A DNA stretch of 25,525 nucleotides from a virus (lineage: Duplodnaviria; Caudoviricetes). This document shows positions 1 to 9,046 of the stretch, in pieces. Position numbers and translations under genes: made by a program. The stretch covers positions 1 to 25,525 of the IMG/VR virus record IMGVR_UViG_3300049999_000312; one strand, written 5' to 3'. Each line of letters opens with the position of its first letter. The first letter of the stretch is position 1. The notes beneath the pieces are model-generated. The model was not told where the DNA came from. It did no database searches and saw nothing but the letters and a program-made list of their open reading frames with translations.

Positions 1-39
1 GGCAGGGATATAATCATCCCCCTCGTATTGCCATTCCAT
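1..39 (-). CDS. 5' end of a gene running off the window (MEWQYEGDDYIPA...); possibly the GIY-YIG-like conserved protein of T4-like phages
   Basis: ATG at 39 preceded by AAGGA SD 6 nt upstream; W-x-Y-x-G start resembles T4-like 'MWxYxG...GFVY' proteins; only 13 codons visible. Confidence 0.5.
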   Translation of the reverse strand, partial: MEWQYEGDDYIPA

Positions 40-57
40 AATTTATCCTTATGTCTG

Positions 58-1257
58 TTAGTCATATACCTCCCCCCAGACTCCCTTTAAAGATCCAACT
101 TCATATTCAGTTACACGATTTTCAAAGAAATTCGTATGATCAGGTGCATTTAATACCCAATCCAACCACGGTAAAGGATTGTCCTTTACTTTAAAATTAG
201 GTTTGAATCCTAATTGCAGAAGTCTTCGGTCTGCAATATGTCTTATATATAATTTAACATCTTCCTTTGACAATTGATCTATTTCATTAACGTTATCATA
301 AGCTAGTTCAATGAACTTATCTTCTAGTTCAACTGACTGTCTTAATAATGAATAAATTGCCAATTTAAATTCGTCTGTTACGATTTTTGGATGTTCTTCA
401 CAGAATCCACGAAATAATTGAGTCATCCCATCTACATGCATAGTCTCATCTCTAATAGACCATTCGACTACCTTACACATCCCTTTCATTTTACCGAATC
501 TTTGGAAGTTTAGTAGCATAACAAACGATGCAAATAAACTGATTCCCTCAGAGAATACAGATTTTGCAATCGCAGTTGCTAATTTAGAATAATTCGAATT
601 ATCATTATCTCTCATGAACTCAACTTTATCAGCCATTTCTTTATATTCCAAGAATGAGTGAAATTCTGATTCAGGTAATCCAAGAGTGTCATTCAATAGT
701 GCATATGCTCTCTGATGAACACCCTCTCTTGCTGCAAATGATCCCAACATATTACGGATCTCGTTATTCTTTAACTTAGGAATAAAAAAATCATAATAGT
801 TCTGACCAACTGCAACATCAGATTGTGTGAACAACCTGAGTACTTGTATTATAAAATCCTTTTCTATAGAACTTAATTTACCTTTCTTCCAATCCGCCAC
901 ATCATCTGATAGGTCAATCTCATCTTCAATCCAATGAGCTTGTTCATGTCGTTTGGTTAATTCTACTGCCCATGGATATCTAAATGGTTTATAAGATTCT
1001 GATGGGGTTGTCATGTTAACTGGTGTTTCGAAAAGAAACATTTCTTTATTAGACATTAATGTATCATAATTGCCCAAATATTTACCATCCACCACAATTT
1101 GTGGGACAGACCTTTGTCGAAATCTTAGAAACATTTCTAAATTATCATCAGATTCTGTGATATCGATAACCGTATATCTCACGGAATGTTTATCAAACCA
1201 TGCCTTTGCTTGATCACAAAAACTACATTGTGGTTTACTGTATAACTCTATTTTCAT
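58..1257 (-). CDS. nrdB: Ribonucleotide reductase class I beta subunit with N-terminal glutaredoxin domain
   Basis: First ~75 aa: YSKPQCSFC...SVPQI..DGKYLG (glutaredoxin). Remainder R2: YKPFRYPW, HW, FTQSD, EGVHQRAY (radical Tyr), SEG, IRDETMH, NFFENRVTEY. Confidence 0.96.
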   Translation of the reverse strand: MKIELYSKPQCSFCDQAKAWFDKHSVRYTVIDITESDDNLEMFLRFRQRSVPQIVVDGKYLGNYDTLMSNKEMFLFETPVNMTTPSESYKPFRYPWAVELTKRHEQAHWIEDEIDLSDDVADWKKGKLSSIEKDFIIQVLRLFTQSDVAVGQNYYDFFIPKLKNNEIRNMLGSFAAREGVHQRAYALLNDTLGLPESEFHSFLEYKEMADKVEFMRDNDNSNYSKLATAIAKSVFSEGISLFASFVMLLNFQRFGKMKGMCKVVEWSIRDETMHVDGMTQLFRGFCEEHPKIVTDEFKLAIYSLLRQSVELEDKFIELAYDNVNEIDQLSKEDVKLYIRHIADRRLLQLGFKPNFKVKDNPLPWLDWVLNAPDHTNFFENRVTEYEVGSLKGVWGEVYD

Positions 1258-1298
1258 TTATTTCCCCATTAATATAAATCACCTACATGTATATAGGT

Positions 1299-2657
1299 TT
1301 AAGCTGGCAATTCCACTAAATGTTCAATACCATGTTCTAACCATACTATTGTATCACATCTCAATACTAATTGCAAAGCAGTTTCCATAAAACCAAGATA
1401 AAAAGTCTTCTCAATTGCACAATTCTTTTCAAATGTCTCATCTGATAGTTTTAATGGACATGAACCAGAACATTGTTTACGAACTGGACATTTAAGACAT
1501 CCCCGAACTGGACTTTTTTTCCTGTCTATATCTAATCCTACAAGCATTACTTCTTGTATATTAGATATATGTCCAGATCTAACCCTTTTATCAGAATGCA
1601 CACAACTTAAAACATTCCCTCTCAGATCTACATCTAAACTTTTATCCCAATCAACTCCACAATTGGTAGATGTTTCATGACTTTGTGATGCAACATGTTG
1701 ATCTACAATCGTATTAACTATTGCAACTGTATCAGTTTTGAAATTTGTACAGTTAACTATACCCTCGATATAATTATAATCATAATTCATAGGTGAATCT
1801 TTGATCACTTTTAAAAATTTCCTATGCACTATCCCAAATTGTTTCAATTCGTTACCTGATAAAATCAATTCATCAGATTGTGAATAATGATGATCGACCT
1901 CTAAGACATCTGTATACAATCTACCAACCTGATAATGCCACTGTGTAGATAATGCATCCAACCCTTTGAATACATCATAAAACCATTCAGACATTTCAAA
2001 AATATTATAATTGGATTTAGTCACAACTGTATTAACTGACCAACTTACATTATCAACCTCTTTGATATATTGCAATACTTCACGAACTCTAGGTTTATCG
2101 AAAATCTCTTCGCCTCTAAGTTCTTCTTGGCCTGGCCCGTCATGTGAAATCCCTATTTGGATACGACTTTTCATCCTTTTGAAAAAGTCGATATGTTTTT
2201 TATGGAGTGTTGATCCATTAGTAGATATGTACCAAGTCATCCCTGGCTTATCAAAAAACTCAAATAGTTTTTTCATATCTTTCCAATAAAGGAAAGGTTC
2301 CCCACCCCAAGGTTCAATATGATTCAATTTAGATATATCAAACTTTTTCATATTATGGAAAAACATATCCATGAAAGGTGATTCTCTTCTTTCTAACGGA
2401 GATCCAATATCTTTCTGGAAACAATATGAACAATCATAATTACAAGCTTGACCTAACTGGATCCGCATGCGTCTAGGGGCATTAGATTTTTTTATGGATC
2501 CAGTTATCCTCGAATCATATTTATCATCAATATCCCCCATATATGCATTATCACCCAATCTGTCCTGAAGTGGGTTTTTGTCCCCATCAAATAATGCATT
2601 AGTTCTGTTACAAATATAATATTCGGATCCATCATCTATTTTAAATTTGCTGTACAT
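1299..2657 (-). CDS. Radical SAM protein with C-terminal SPASM domain
   Basis: CNYDCSYC (CxxxCxxC), WGGEP, STNG, ISHDG; 7-Cys SPASM motif C-x13-G-x4-C ... Cx2Cx5Cx3C-x12-C. Start moved from 2735 to ATG 2657 (AAGGA SD, just past the nrdA stop). Confidence 0.92.
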   Translation of the reverse strand: MYSKFKIDDGSEYYICNRTNALFDGDKNPLQDRLGDNAYMGDIDDKYDSRITGSIKKSNAPRRMRIQLGQACNYDCSYCFQKDIGSPLERRESPFMDMFFHNMKKFDISKLNHIEPWGGEPFLYWKDMKKLFEFFDKPGMTWYISTNGSTLHKKHIDFFKRMKSRIQIGISHDGPGQEELRGEEIFDKPRVREVLQYIKEVDNVSWSVNTVVTKSNYNIFEMSEWFYDVFKGLDALSTQWHYQVGRLYTDVLEVDHHYSQSDELILSGNELKQFGIVHRKFLKVIKDSPMNYDYNYIEGIVNCTNFKTDTVAIVNTIVDQHVASQSHETSTNCGVDWDKSLDVDLRGNVLSCVHSDKRVRSGHISNIQEVMLVGLDIDRKKSPVRGCLKCPVRKQCSGSCPLKLSDETFEKNCAIEKTFYLGFMETALQLVLRCDTIVWLEHGIEHLVELPA

Positions 2658-2661
2658 ATTT

Positions 2662-4425
2662 TTATCCTTGACATGATGCACAGTCATCTTGTGAGTCGAA
2701 TGAACCTGATACTGGTTCTGATATATCTTGACCACTTGGAGTTTCTGAATAATCCTTCATTGTCTGTTGTTCAACCTTATTAGATAACAACTCAGCCTTA
2801 TTAGATGATTCAGTTCTCAGATAATATAATGATTTATTTCCATATTTCCATGCATTGTAATGTACATCATGTAGATATTTCCTATCAACCCCTGCAGGAA
2901 AGAATATATTAAGTGATTGAGATTGACAGATATATTTTGCTCTTTGTCCACCAAGACGGACAATTGCATTCTGATCGATCTCAATTGCAGTTTTGTATAC
3001 TGACTTTTCATGTAAAGACAAAAAATCCAAATGTTGAATTGATCCATTATTACCGATAATAGAATTCCAAATTTCATCCGTATCTTGACCGTATACTTCT
3101 AATAGATCAGAAAGAAGTGAATTTTTAATTAAGTGTGATCCTGCACGCGTTCTATGAACAAATGCATTTGCCTTAATAGGTTCAACTGATGGACTAGTAC
3201 CAGCAATACTAGAAGAATTTGCATTAGGTGCAATTGCAAGTAAGTTTGCATTTCTTCTTCCAGTACCAATCATATCCGGACATTCACCACGTTCTTTTCC
3301 CAAAACCAAAGACATTTTTACTGCTTCATCTTTAATATAAGAGAATACTTCTTCGTTAAGTTCACTTGCAGCCTGTGATTCAAATGGTATAGATTTCTTC
3401 ATTAATAGATTATGCCAACCCATTGCACCAATACCAATTGATCTTTCTTGAGTTGCAGAATACTTTGCTTTTGATATTTCAACAGGTGCATTATCGATAA
3501 AATATTGTAGAACATTATCAAGGAAAATAGTAAGATCTTGTACCAGACTAGTACCTTTCCATTCATCGTATTTCTCTAGATTCAATGAACTCAGACAACA
3601 AACTGCAGTTCTTTCTTCATTGGTTGGTAGAGTGATTTCAATACATAAATTAGATCCTCTTGAGATTAATCCTTTATCCTTTTGTGTTTGTGGATATGCA
3701 TCATTGGCTTTATCAATGAAATAGATATATGGTTCACCTGTACGATAACGGGTTTCTAATAGAGTCTCCCATAGTTCACGTGCATCTACTGTCTCAACAG
3801 ATTCATCAGTTTTTGGATCGATTAGATCCCATGATTTATTATTCCCCACTGCTTCCATAAAGGCATCAGGAACATTAACCCCATGATGTAAGTTTAAACA
3901 TTTTCTATTAACATCACCAGTAGGAATTCTAAGTGACATAAATTCCATGATGTCAGGATGAGAGATATCTAGATATGCAGCATAAGATCCCTTTCTAGTA
4001 ATACCTTGTTTATATGCAGTCATATCTGCATCAACCGTATGAAGAAATGGGATTGGGCCAGGAGCAATATCAGACACAGATCTAACATCAGACCAATGAC
4101 CACCGACACCACCACCCTTAACTGACAACCATCTTAGTTCGGATGTGTGTTCAATAAGACCCTCTAATGTATCCGGAACATATCCCAAGAAACAAGAGAT
4201 AGGCAGTCCTTTAACCTTTTCATCTGGTTCTGGTGCATTGGATAGAATAGGTGATGAAAACATAAACCAGTTTTTATCTATATAATTATAGATTCTCTCT
4301 GCTAGTTCGGTATTACCTCCGGAAAATGCGATCGCAGTTCTTTTAAATGCATCTGATGGATCTTTTTCATATTCCCTCATGTAATAATCTTTTAATAATT
4401 TATATGCTTGTTCAGTAAGATTCAT
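2662..4425 (-). CDS. nrdA: Ribonucleotide reductase class I alpha subunit, short form without ATP-cone
   Basis: SSP, PISCF, GGGVG, SNLCIEI (thiyl Cys), AVCCLSS, APNANSS, CQSQSLN, SLYYLR, C-terminal CASC; in-frame starts at 4431/4428/4425, GAGG SD fits 4425 best. Confidence 0.96.
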   Translation of the reverse strand: MNLTEQAYKLLKDYYMREYEKDPSDAFKRTAIAFSGGNTELAERIYNYIDKNWFMFSSPILSNAPEPDEKVKGLPISCFLGYVPDTLEGLIEHTSELRWLSVKGGGVGGHWSDVRSVSDIAPGPIPFLHTVDADMTAYKQGITRKGSYAAYLDISHPDIMEFMSLRIPTGDVNRKCLNLHHGVNVPDAFMEAVGNNKSWDLIDPKTDESVETVDARELWETLLETRYRTGEPYIYFIDKANDAYPQTQKDKGLISRGSNLCIEITLPTNEERTAVCCLSSLNLEKYDEWKGTSLVQDLTIFLDNVLQYFIDNAPVEISKAKYSATQERSIGIGAMGWHNLLMKKSIPFESQAASELNEEVFSYIKDEAVKMSLVLGKERGECPDMIGTGRRNANLLAIAPNANSSSIAGTSPSVEPIKANAFVHRTRAGSHLIKNSLLSDLLEVYGQDTDEIWNSIIGNNGSIQHLDFLSLHEKSVYKTAIEIDQNAIVRLGGQRAKYICQSQSLNIFFPAGVDRKYLHDVHYNAWKYGNKSLYYLRTESSNKAELLSNKVEQQTMKDYSETPSGQDISEPVSGSFDSQDDCASCQG

Positions 4426-4452
4426 CATCACCTCTTCTAATTGTTTATTTTT

Positions 4453-4599
4453 TTATTTTTTGACTTCGGTTTCAGTTTCTGGCCATAATGCATTTTCCCT
4501 TACTAGTTGTTCTGCATTATCCCATTCTAAGTCTTTAATTTTCTTTTCTAAATCTTTTTTCTCAAATTCCAATACTTCAATTACATCTTTATTATCCAT
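4453..4599 (-). CDS. Small 48-aa coiled-coil-like protein (MDNKDVIEVLEFEKKDLEKKIKDLEWDNAEQLVRENALWPETETEVKK), absent from ORF track
   Basis: GGAG SD, ATG overlapping the gp59 end, fills the gap before nrdA. Confidence 0.75.
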   Translation of the reverse strand: MDNKDVIEVLEFEKKDLEKKIKDLEWDNAEQLVRENALWPETETEVKK

Positions 4600-5230
4600 T
4601 TTTAATTTCTCCAATCAGATAATCACGATATTCGGATCTATTATAGTTAGTGATCCATTTTATGTATGTTTCATATTTCTTTATTTTATAATCGAATGAC
4701 CTCCATAGATAATCATCTTTCAGTTTCACATTAAACACATCAACAAAATTGGTAAGACTATTGATTATAGATATAGTCTCCATTGTACATCTTTCGGTAA
4801 GTATTTTTGGATCATCTGGGTCAAATAATTCCTCAAAGGTATTGCCATCTAATAACCTAACAACATCATTTTTGAAATTATACATAAGTGATCCCATAGA
4901 ACCTATCAATTTTTGTAGATAAGATCTATCTAGTTGATCTGGTTGTAAACCTTGGGCACCTTGTGCAGAAGAAGTATTATATATAATATTACCCACCACC
5001 AATTTCACAAACTCATCCCTACTATATGTATTTGCGGCTTTCTCATAATGCCACATATTCATTCTATTTTGGAATGTCGTATATGAATGGTGGTTTAAAT
5101 AATTTATCCTTTTATTATGCATTATATCAATGAAATTAAAATCTCCCGACTTTTTTCTGAAATGCATTTTAATACCCATCAAATATAGATCTGCACGATA
5201 TCCATCCCATTCATCTAAGGTTCTACCCAT
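4592..5230 (-). CDS. 59: gp59-like helicase loader
   Basis: DGYRADLYLMGIKMHF and FQNR..M..YEK resemble the T4 gp59 N-terminus; ~210 aa; directly downstream of gp33. Confidence 0.75.
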   Translation of the reverse strand: MGRTLDEWDGYRADLYLMGIKMHFRKKSGDFNFIDIMHNKRINYLNHHSYTTFQNRMNMWHYEKAANTYSRDEFVKLVVGNIIYNTSSAQGAQGLQPDQLDRSYLQKLIGSMGSLMYNFKNDVVRLLDGNTFEELFDPDDPKILTERCTMETISIINSLTNFVDVFNVKLKDDYLWRSFDYKIKKYETYIKWITNYNRSEYRDYLIGEIKNG

Positions 5231-5490
5231 TAGATAGGTAGAATTGGTCGTGTCACACCCCTATCAATCACATGATTTTTATATGCATCCATATACATTT
5301 TTTCTTTGATATTCGGAGTTAATAATTTTGCAGCAGATTCAATTTCCATTTCATATTCTTCACAATACCATAGTATGGTATCCAAGATAGACATAGAATG
5401 TTCATTAGCTTTAACTTCGATTATCTCTGAAAATTTCTTTTTAGTTAAAAGAATTTCCGATGTTTTTTTACTTGTATCAATTGCAATCAT
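5230..5490 (-). CDS. 33: gp33-like late transcription coactivator
   Basis: KKFSEIIE...SILDTILWYCEEYEMEIESAAKLL..NIKEK...LPI; gp33-gp59 synteny. Confidence 0.85.
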   Translation of the reverse strand: MIAIDTSKKTSEILLTKKKFSEIIEVKANEHSMSILDTILWYCEEYEMEIESAAKLLTPNIKEKMYMDAYKNHVIDRGVTRPILPI

Positions 5491-5521
5491 TAATTTTCAC
5501 CTTTCACCAAATTATGTATAT

Positions 5522-5550
5522 ATTATAACAAAGATAATCACATTTGTCCA
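5522..5550 (-). promoter_or_regulatory. sigma70-type promoter for gp33/gp59/nrd genes
   Basis: TGGACA-17bp-TATAAT with TGn extended -10. Confidence 0.7.
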
Positions 5551-5553
5551 GTA

Positions 5554-6243
5554 CTAATGTCCAGAATTTAATTTTGCAATCAAATAAGACTTAACAAATC
5601 CAGATCTAACAATATCATTCAACCCAAATTCAACTATATCAAATTCTTTCATATCCGTAATAATGGACAGGAATTTAGTGAACCCCTCTGCTTCACGATA
5701 AGAAAGGTCTGATTGATCGATATCCCCAGAAAATATAATTTTACAATTCTCTCCTACTCTAGTGATTATTGAGTTTAATTCCCAAAATGATAAATTCTGA
5801 GATTCATCTACAATAATCACTGCATTATCAATAGTAATGCCTCTAATATAAGAAGTAGTGATAAATTTAATAGTTCCCTGATCCACAAGTCTATTATACA
5901 GGGAATCGAAATCATCTGAATTATTTTGTTCGAACATATACCCAACCATCCCACGATATGGTGCCTGATATAGTTCAGTTTTTTCTTCAACATTACCAGG
6001 CATAAATCCGATATCCCTAGTAGGTACTGCACTTCTTACAATGAACACTGTTTTCTTATCCGATAAAGATTCCTCTAATGCTTTATACAGTGATATGAAT
6101 GTTTTACCGGTTCCTGCTGCACCATAAAGAAACAGACTTTGACCTGAATCATATGATTTGAATGTTGTCTTTTGTGCATCTGTTACCGGTTCTATCTTAA
6201 CTAGATTTTCTTTCTTGACAGTCATTTTCTTTTTACTCGCCAA
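5554..6243 (-). CDS. phoH: PhoH family ATPase
   Basis: GAAGTGKT Walker A, RSAV..R.IGFMPG, RGIT, IVDESQN, TRVGENCKIIFSGD..Q.D, DIVRSG; TTG start. Confidence 0.95.
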   Translation of the reverse strand: MASKKKMTVKKENLVKIEPVTDAQKTTFKSYDSGQSLFLYGAAGTGKTFISLYKALEESLSDKKTVFIVRSAVPTRDIGFMPGNVEEKTELYQAPYRGMVGYMFEQNNSDDFDSLYNRLVDQGTIKFITTSYIRGITIDNAVIIVDESQNLSFWELNSIITRVGENCKIIFSGDIDQSDLSYREAEGFTKFLSIITDMKEFDIVEFGLNDIVRSGFVKSYLIAKLNSGH

Positions 6244-6258
6244 TTTCCGTAATTCCTT

Positions 6259-6489
6259 TTAATTTATTTCCATTGTTGCATGTGGTGATTTATCTTTCAC
6301 ATTTCTTAAAACATCTTTAAATGCATCTGGGGTTTTACTTAATGGATTCCCCACACCTGATACAATATGAGGTGCTCCAACAATTTGTGACCAAACCCCA
6401 GAGCCAGTCAATTCTTCCATTTTTGAAATAGTTAATACCTTTTCTACTATTTCCCCAGTTTCATTATTCTTCAGATCGTATAATGGCAT
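6259..6489 (-). CDS. FmdB-like small protein (Cys-less variant common in T4-like phages)
   Basis: MPLYDLKNNETGE start, IVSG, FKDVL..VK; sits before phoH. Confidence 0.7.
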   Translation of the reverse strand: MPLYDLKNNETGEIVEKVLTISKMEELTGSGVWSQIVGAPHIVSGVGNPLSKTPDAFKDVLRNVKDKSPHATMEIN

Positions 6490-6494
6490 ATTAA

Positions 6495-6941
6495 TCAAAC
6501 ATTTCGAAAATATTCATCATTCCAATCCATTGCAGCCTTTACAACTTTATCAGATAATTTATAATCCACATCAACAGATCTATTTTTTGCAGAGATTAAT
6601 AATAATGCTTCTGATTCATGAAGAGCCTCAAGGGTTTGTACAAACCTATTCTCTCTCTGAAATTGTTTCAATGTTTCATCCCCGTTCTCGACAAACGACA
6701 ATAAAATTTTAATATCATGTTGTAAAAATTTATGACCATCACCCAGAGGTGATTCTGATGGTGTGTATGGTACTTCCCCATCTGGTAATAACCATTTGAT
6801 CTTAGGATCATATGCAGCCTTTAAAAACATTCTCATTGCTGGAATGTCAAATTTCTTAAGTTCCTCGACCTTTGCTTTGAAACTTTTCTTTTTACCTGCT
6901 GATTGAATCATTTCAACCATTGTCATATCTTCAATTTTCAT
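6495..6941 (-). CDS. Conserved T4-like hypothetical protein
   Basis: AYDP.IKW.LPDGEVPY...RENRFVQ.LE.LH.SEA.LL pattern typical of the protein found after rnh in marine T4-like phages. Confidence 0.75.
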   Translation of the reverse strand: MKIEDMTMVEMIQSAGKKKSFKAKVEELKKFDIPAMRMFLKAAYDPKIKWLLPDGEVPYTPSESPLGDGHKFLQHDIKILLSFVENGDETLKQFQRENRFVQTLEALHESEALLLISAKNRSVDVDYKLSDKVVKAAMDWNDEYFRNV

Positions 6942-6944
6942 AAT

Positions 6945-7802
6945 TTAGAAATCCTCTATATCGGTAATTAATTCTTTATATTTGTTCTTTACAAGATAAC
7001 TCAATAAGTCCATTTTATTTCCGACTTTGTTATCTTCTGCATACATAGTATGTATATGTTTGCTTATATCTACTGGTATTTTTTCAAATGAAATCAATAG
7101 TTCATTTCTATGAAAATTTCTCATCATCCCCTCATCACAAAACTCTTCCGGAGGTTTTCCGTTCCATTCTGCAAGTTTCTTTTTTGTTATCGGTGACTGT
7201 CGAACATTAGATATCAAAGCATTATCAGGACTAAGGAAATTTGGTATACCATCACCACGATCCCCTCTAAGAATATGTTCCCTCAAATAGGTCTTTGCAT
7301 CTATACTGGGAGCAACCATTTTCTTTTGAAGAGGTGAATATTGTCTAACCATCTTATTTTCATGAAGTTGAAAATAATCTTTATCTGCAGATAATATCAA
7401 AATCTTTTCAGATGTACCTTTATACATAAGTGCAACCACACCTATTATATCATCTGCTTCAGTATTATTACAATCCATTACTTTCCATGGAAAATACTGT
7501 TTTAAATCTTCCTTCACCGAATCAATTCCTGCATAGATGGCTTTCCAATCATGTTTGACATCTGTAGCTTTGGTTTTTCTTCTAGTTGCTTTGTAGTGCT
7601 CAAATCTATCATATCTCCATGATCTTTTATCATCCATGCAGAGTATCATTTCCCCATATCTACGTTGATGTTTCAATTTATACTCAAGTAAAGATGAGTA
7701 TACCATATGTTTGAATGTTGGTACATTCAATTTATTATCATTATATTTTAAGTTAACCATAGCATTTGCTATGAAAACTTGACTGCAATCAACTAAAATC
7801 AT
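6945..7802 (-). CDS. rnh: T4-type RNase H (5'-3' exonuclease, FEN family)
   Basis: MILVD, SWR...YKATR, EADDII, ILSADKDYFQL, GDRGDGIPN. Confidence 0.93.
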   Translation of the reverse strand: MILVDCSQVFIANAMVNLKYNDNKLNVPTFKHMVYSSLLEYKLKHQRRYGEMILCMDDKRSWRYDRFEHYKATRRKTKATDVKHDWKAIYAGIDSVKEDLKQYFPWKVMDCNNTEADDIIGVVALMYKGTSEKILILSADKDYFQLHENKMVRQYSPLQKKMVAPSIDAKTYLREHILRGDRGDGIPNFLSPDNALISNVRQSPITKKKLAEWNGKPPEEFCDEGMMRNFHRNELLISFEKIPVDISKHIHTMYAEDNKVGNKMDLLSYLVKNKYKELITDIEDF

Positions 7803-7807
7803 ATTAT

Positions 7808-7981
7808 CTAAAAGTCCTCCTCATCATCTTGAAAATAAAAGGTATCACCCTCTTCCAACTCTAATTCATCCCCACAAAATGGGCAGCATCGTATACTATA
7901 TGCATTATCATTCATCGAATGAATAATCTTAAATGATGCTTCACATGATGTACACAATACCGTTAAACTTACATCTTCCAT
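7808..7981 (-). CDS. Small zinc-ribbon protein with acidic tail
   Basis: CTSC...CPFCG; ATG overlaps the primase stop (TAATG); alternative start at 7996. Confidence 0.75.
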   Translation of the reverse strand: MEDVSLTVLCTSCEASFKIIHSMNDNAYSIRCCPFCGDELELEEGDTFYFQDDEEDF

Positions 7982-9006
7982 TAAATTCGTTTCCATTCCA
8001 TTAGTTTCATTTTGGCAATAATACCAGAATGATTGTTATTTTTTATAATTTTCATTATCTCATCACATGTTGTCCCGTTAATTATATATTCATTAATATC
8101 TTTACCATTCAATGAATCTGGTAATAAACACACAGTAAACCCCATATCTATAAACTTATATATATTGTTTATAATTACTTTATTTCTCGGTTCCTTATCT
8201 GGTATTAAAATACAGATATCTCTATCGATAACACTACACACCCTAGAAAGATTTGCATTGTTTACAGCAATTGCATTATCGAGAAACATTGAATCGAATG
8301 CACCCTCTACCACATAAACCGGTTTATTATGATCAATGATATCCAATCCATAAAATGACTGTTCATCTGATAATGACACATTTATATACCTAAGTCCGGA
8401 ATCACCAATTGCCCTACCTGTAAATCCTACTAATATTCCATCTTTATTATAATAAGGGACTATCAATCTAGGCTCACTGACCAACTTACGTTTCTTATCT
8501 AGAATTGAAAAATCGTCAATATAATATAATCTTTTTGCATGTTTGATCGGTATTTTACGATTAATAATATATTGCACAGCTGGATGATCTGGTGTCAGAG
8601 TTTCCAGTTTTACTGCTTCACGTTGAAGAATATTCTTCGGAGGTGTTGTAAATGTTGGTGTGAATGAGAATGGATAAACCGTAGGTGGCTCGACCGTCTC
8701 ATTTAAGTCAGGATGAATCTCTGCCGAAGTAAATTTTTCTTTGAATTTCTCAAAATAATACTCCCTTGCATCATTCTCTGAAACAGTTTTCAGAAAGGAA
8801 TATAAATTTAATGACGATGAACAATTAAAACAATAAAAGAAGGTTTTATCTTTTTTTGATATTAAATGCGCACGTGCTTTTGATTGCGATTTTTCAGAGT
8901 CACCACAGATAGGACATCTGAAGTTATACTCATCTCTCGTTTTTTGTTTGAACCTATGCAGCTTATGTGCAACTTGGTTAATATATTTTCTATCAATGTA
9001 ATCCAT
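7981..9006 (-). CDS. 61: DNA primase (gp61)
   Basis: Zinc finger NFRCPICGDS...YCFNC, RLIVP, GR, TOPRIM VVEGAFDSMF, DKEPRN, KDINE. Confidence 0.95.
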   Translation of the reverse strand: MDYIDRKYINQVAHKLHRFKQKTRDEYNFRCPICGDSEKSQSKARAHLISKKDKTFFYCFNCSSSLNLYSFLKTVSENDAREYYFEKFKEKFTSAEIHPDLNETVEPPTVYPFSFTPTFTTPPKNILQREAVKLETLTPDHPAVQYIINRKIPIKHAKRLYYIDDFSILDKKRKLVSEPRLIVPYYNKDGILVGFTGRAIGDSGLRYINVSLSDEQSFYGLDIIDHNKPVYVVEGAFDSMFLDNAIAVNNANLSRVCSVIDRDICILIPDKEPRNKVIINNIYKFIDMGFTVCLLPDSLNGKDINEYIINGTTCDEIMKIIKNNNHSGIIAKMKLMEWKRI

Positions 9007-9011
9007 AATGT

Positions 9012-9040
9012 ATTATACCCTATAATAAAACTCAAGTCAA
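9012..9040 (-). promoter_or_regulatory. sigma70-type promoter immediately before the primase ATG
   Basis: TTGACT-17bp-TATAAT, only 5 nt (ACATT) before the ATG. Confidence 0.75.
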
Positions 9041-9046
9041 GTTATT

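Noticed and set aside
1299-2657. Calling the radical SAM protein NrdG (class III activase)
   Set aside because: Far too long, carries SPASM, no NrdD in the window, and the adjacent RNR is class I with an intact beta subunit
2658-2735. N-terminal 26-aa extension of the radical SAM ORF overlapping nrdA
   Set aside because: Overlaps the conserved NrdA C-terminal CxxC; ATG 2657 has a good SD just after the nrdA stop
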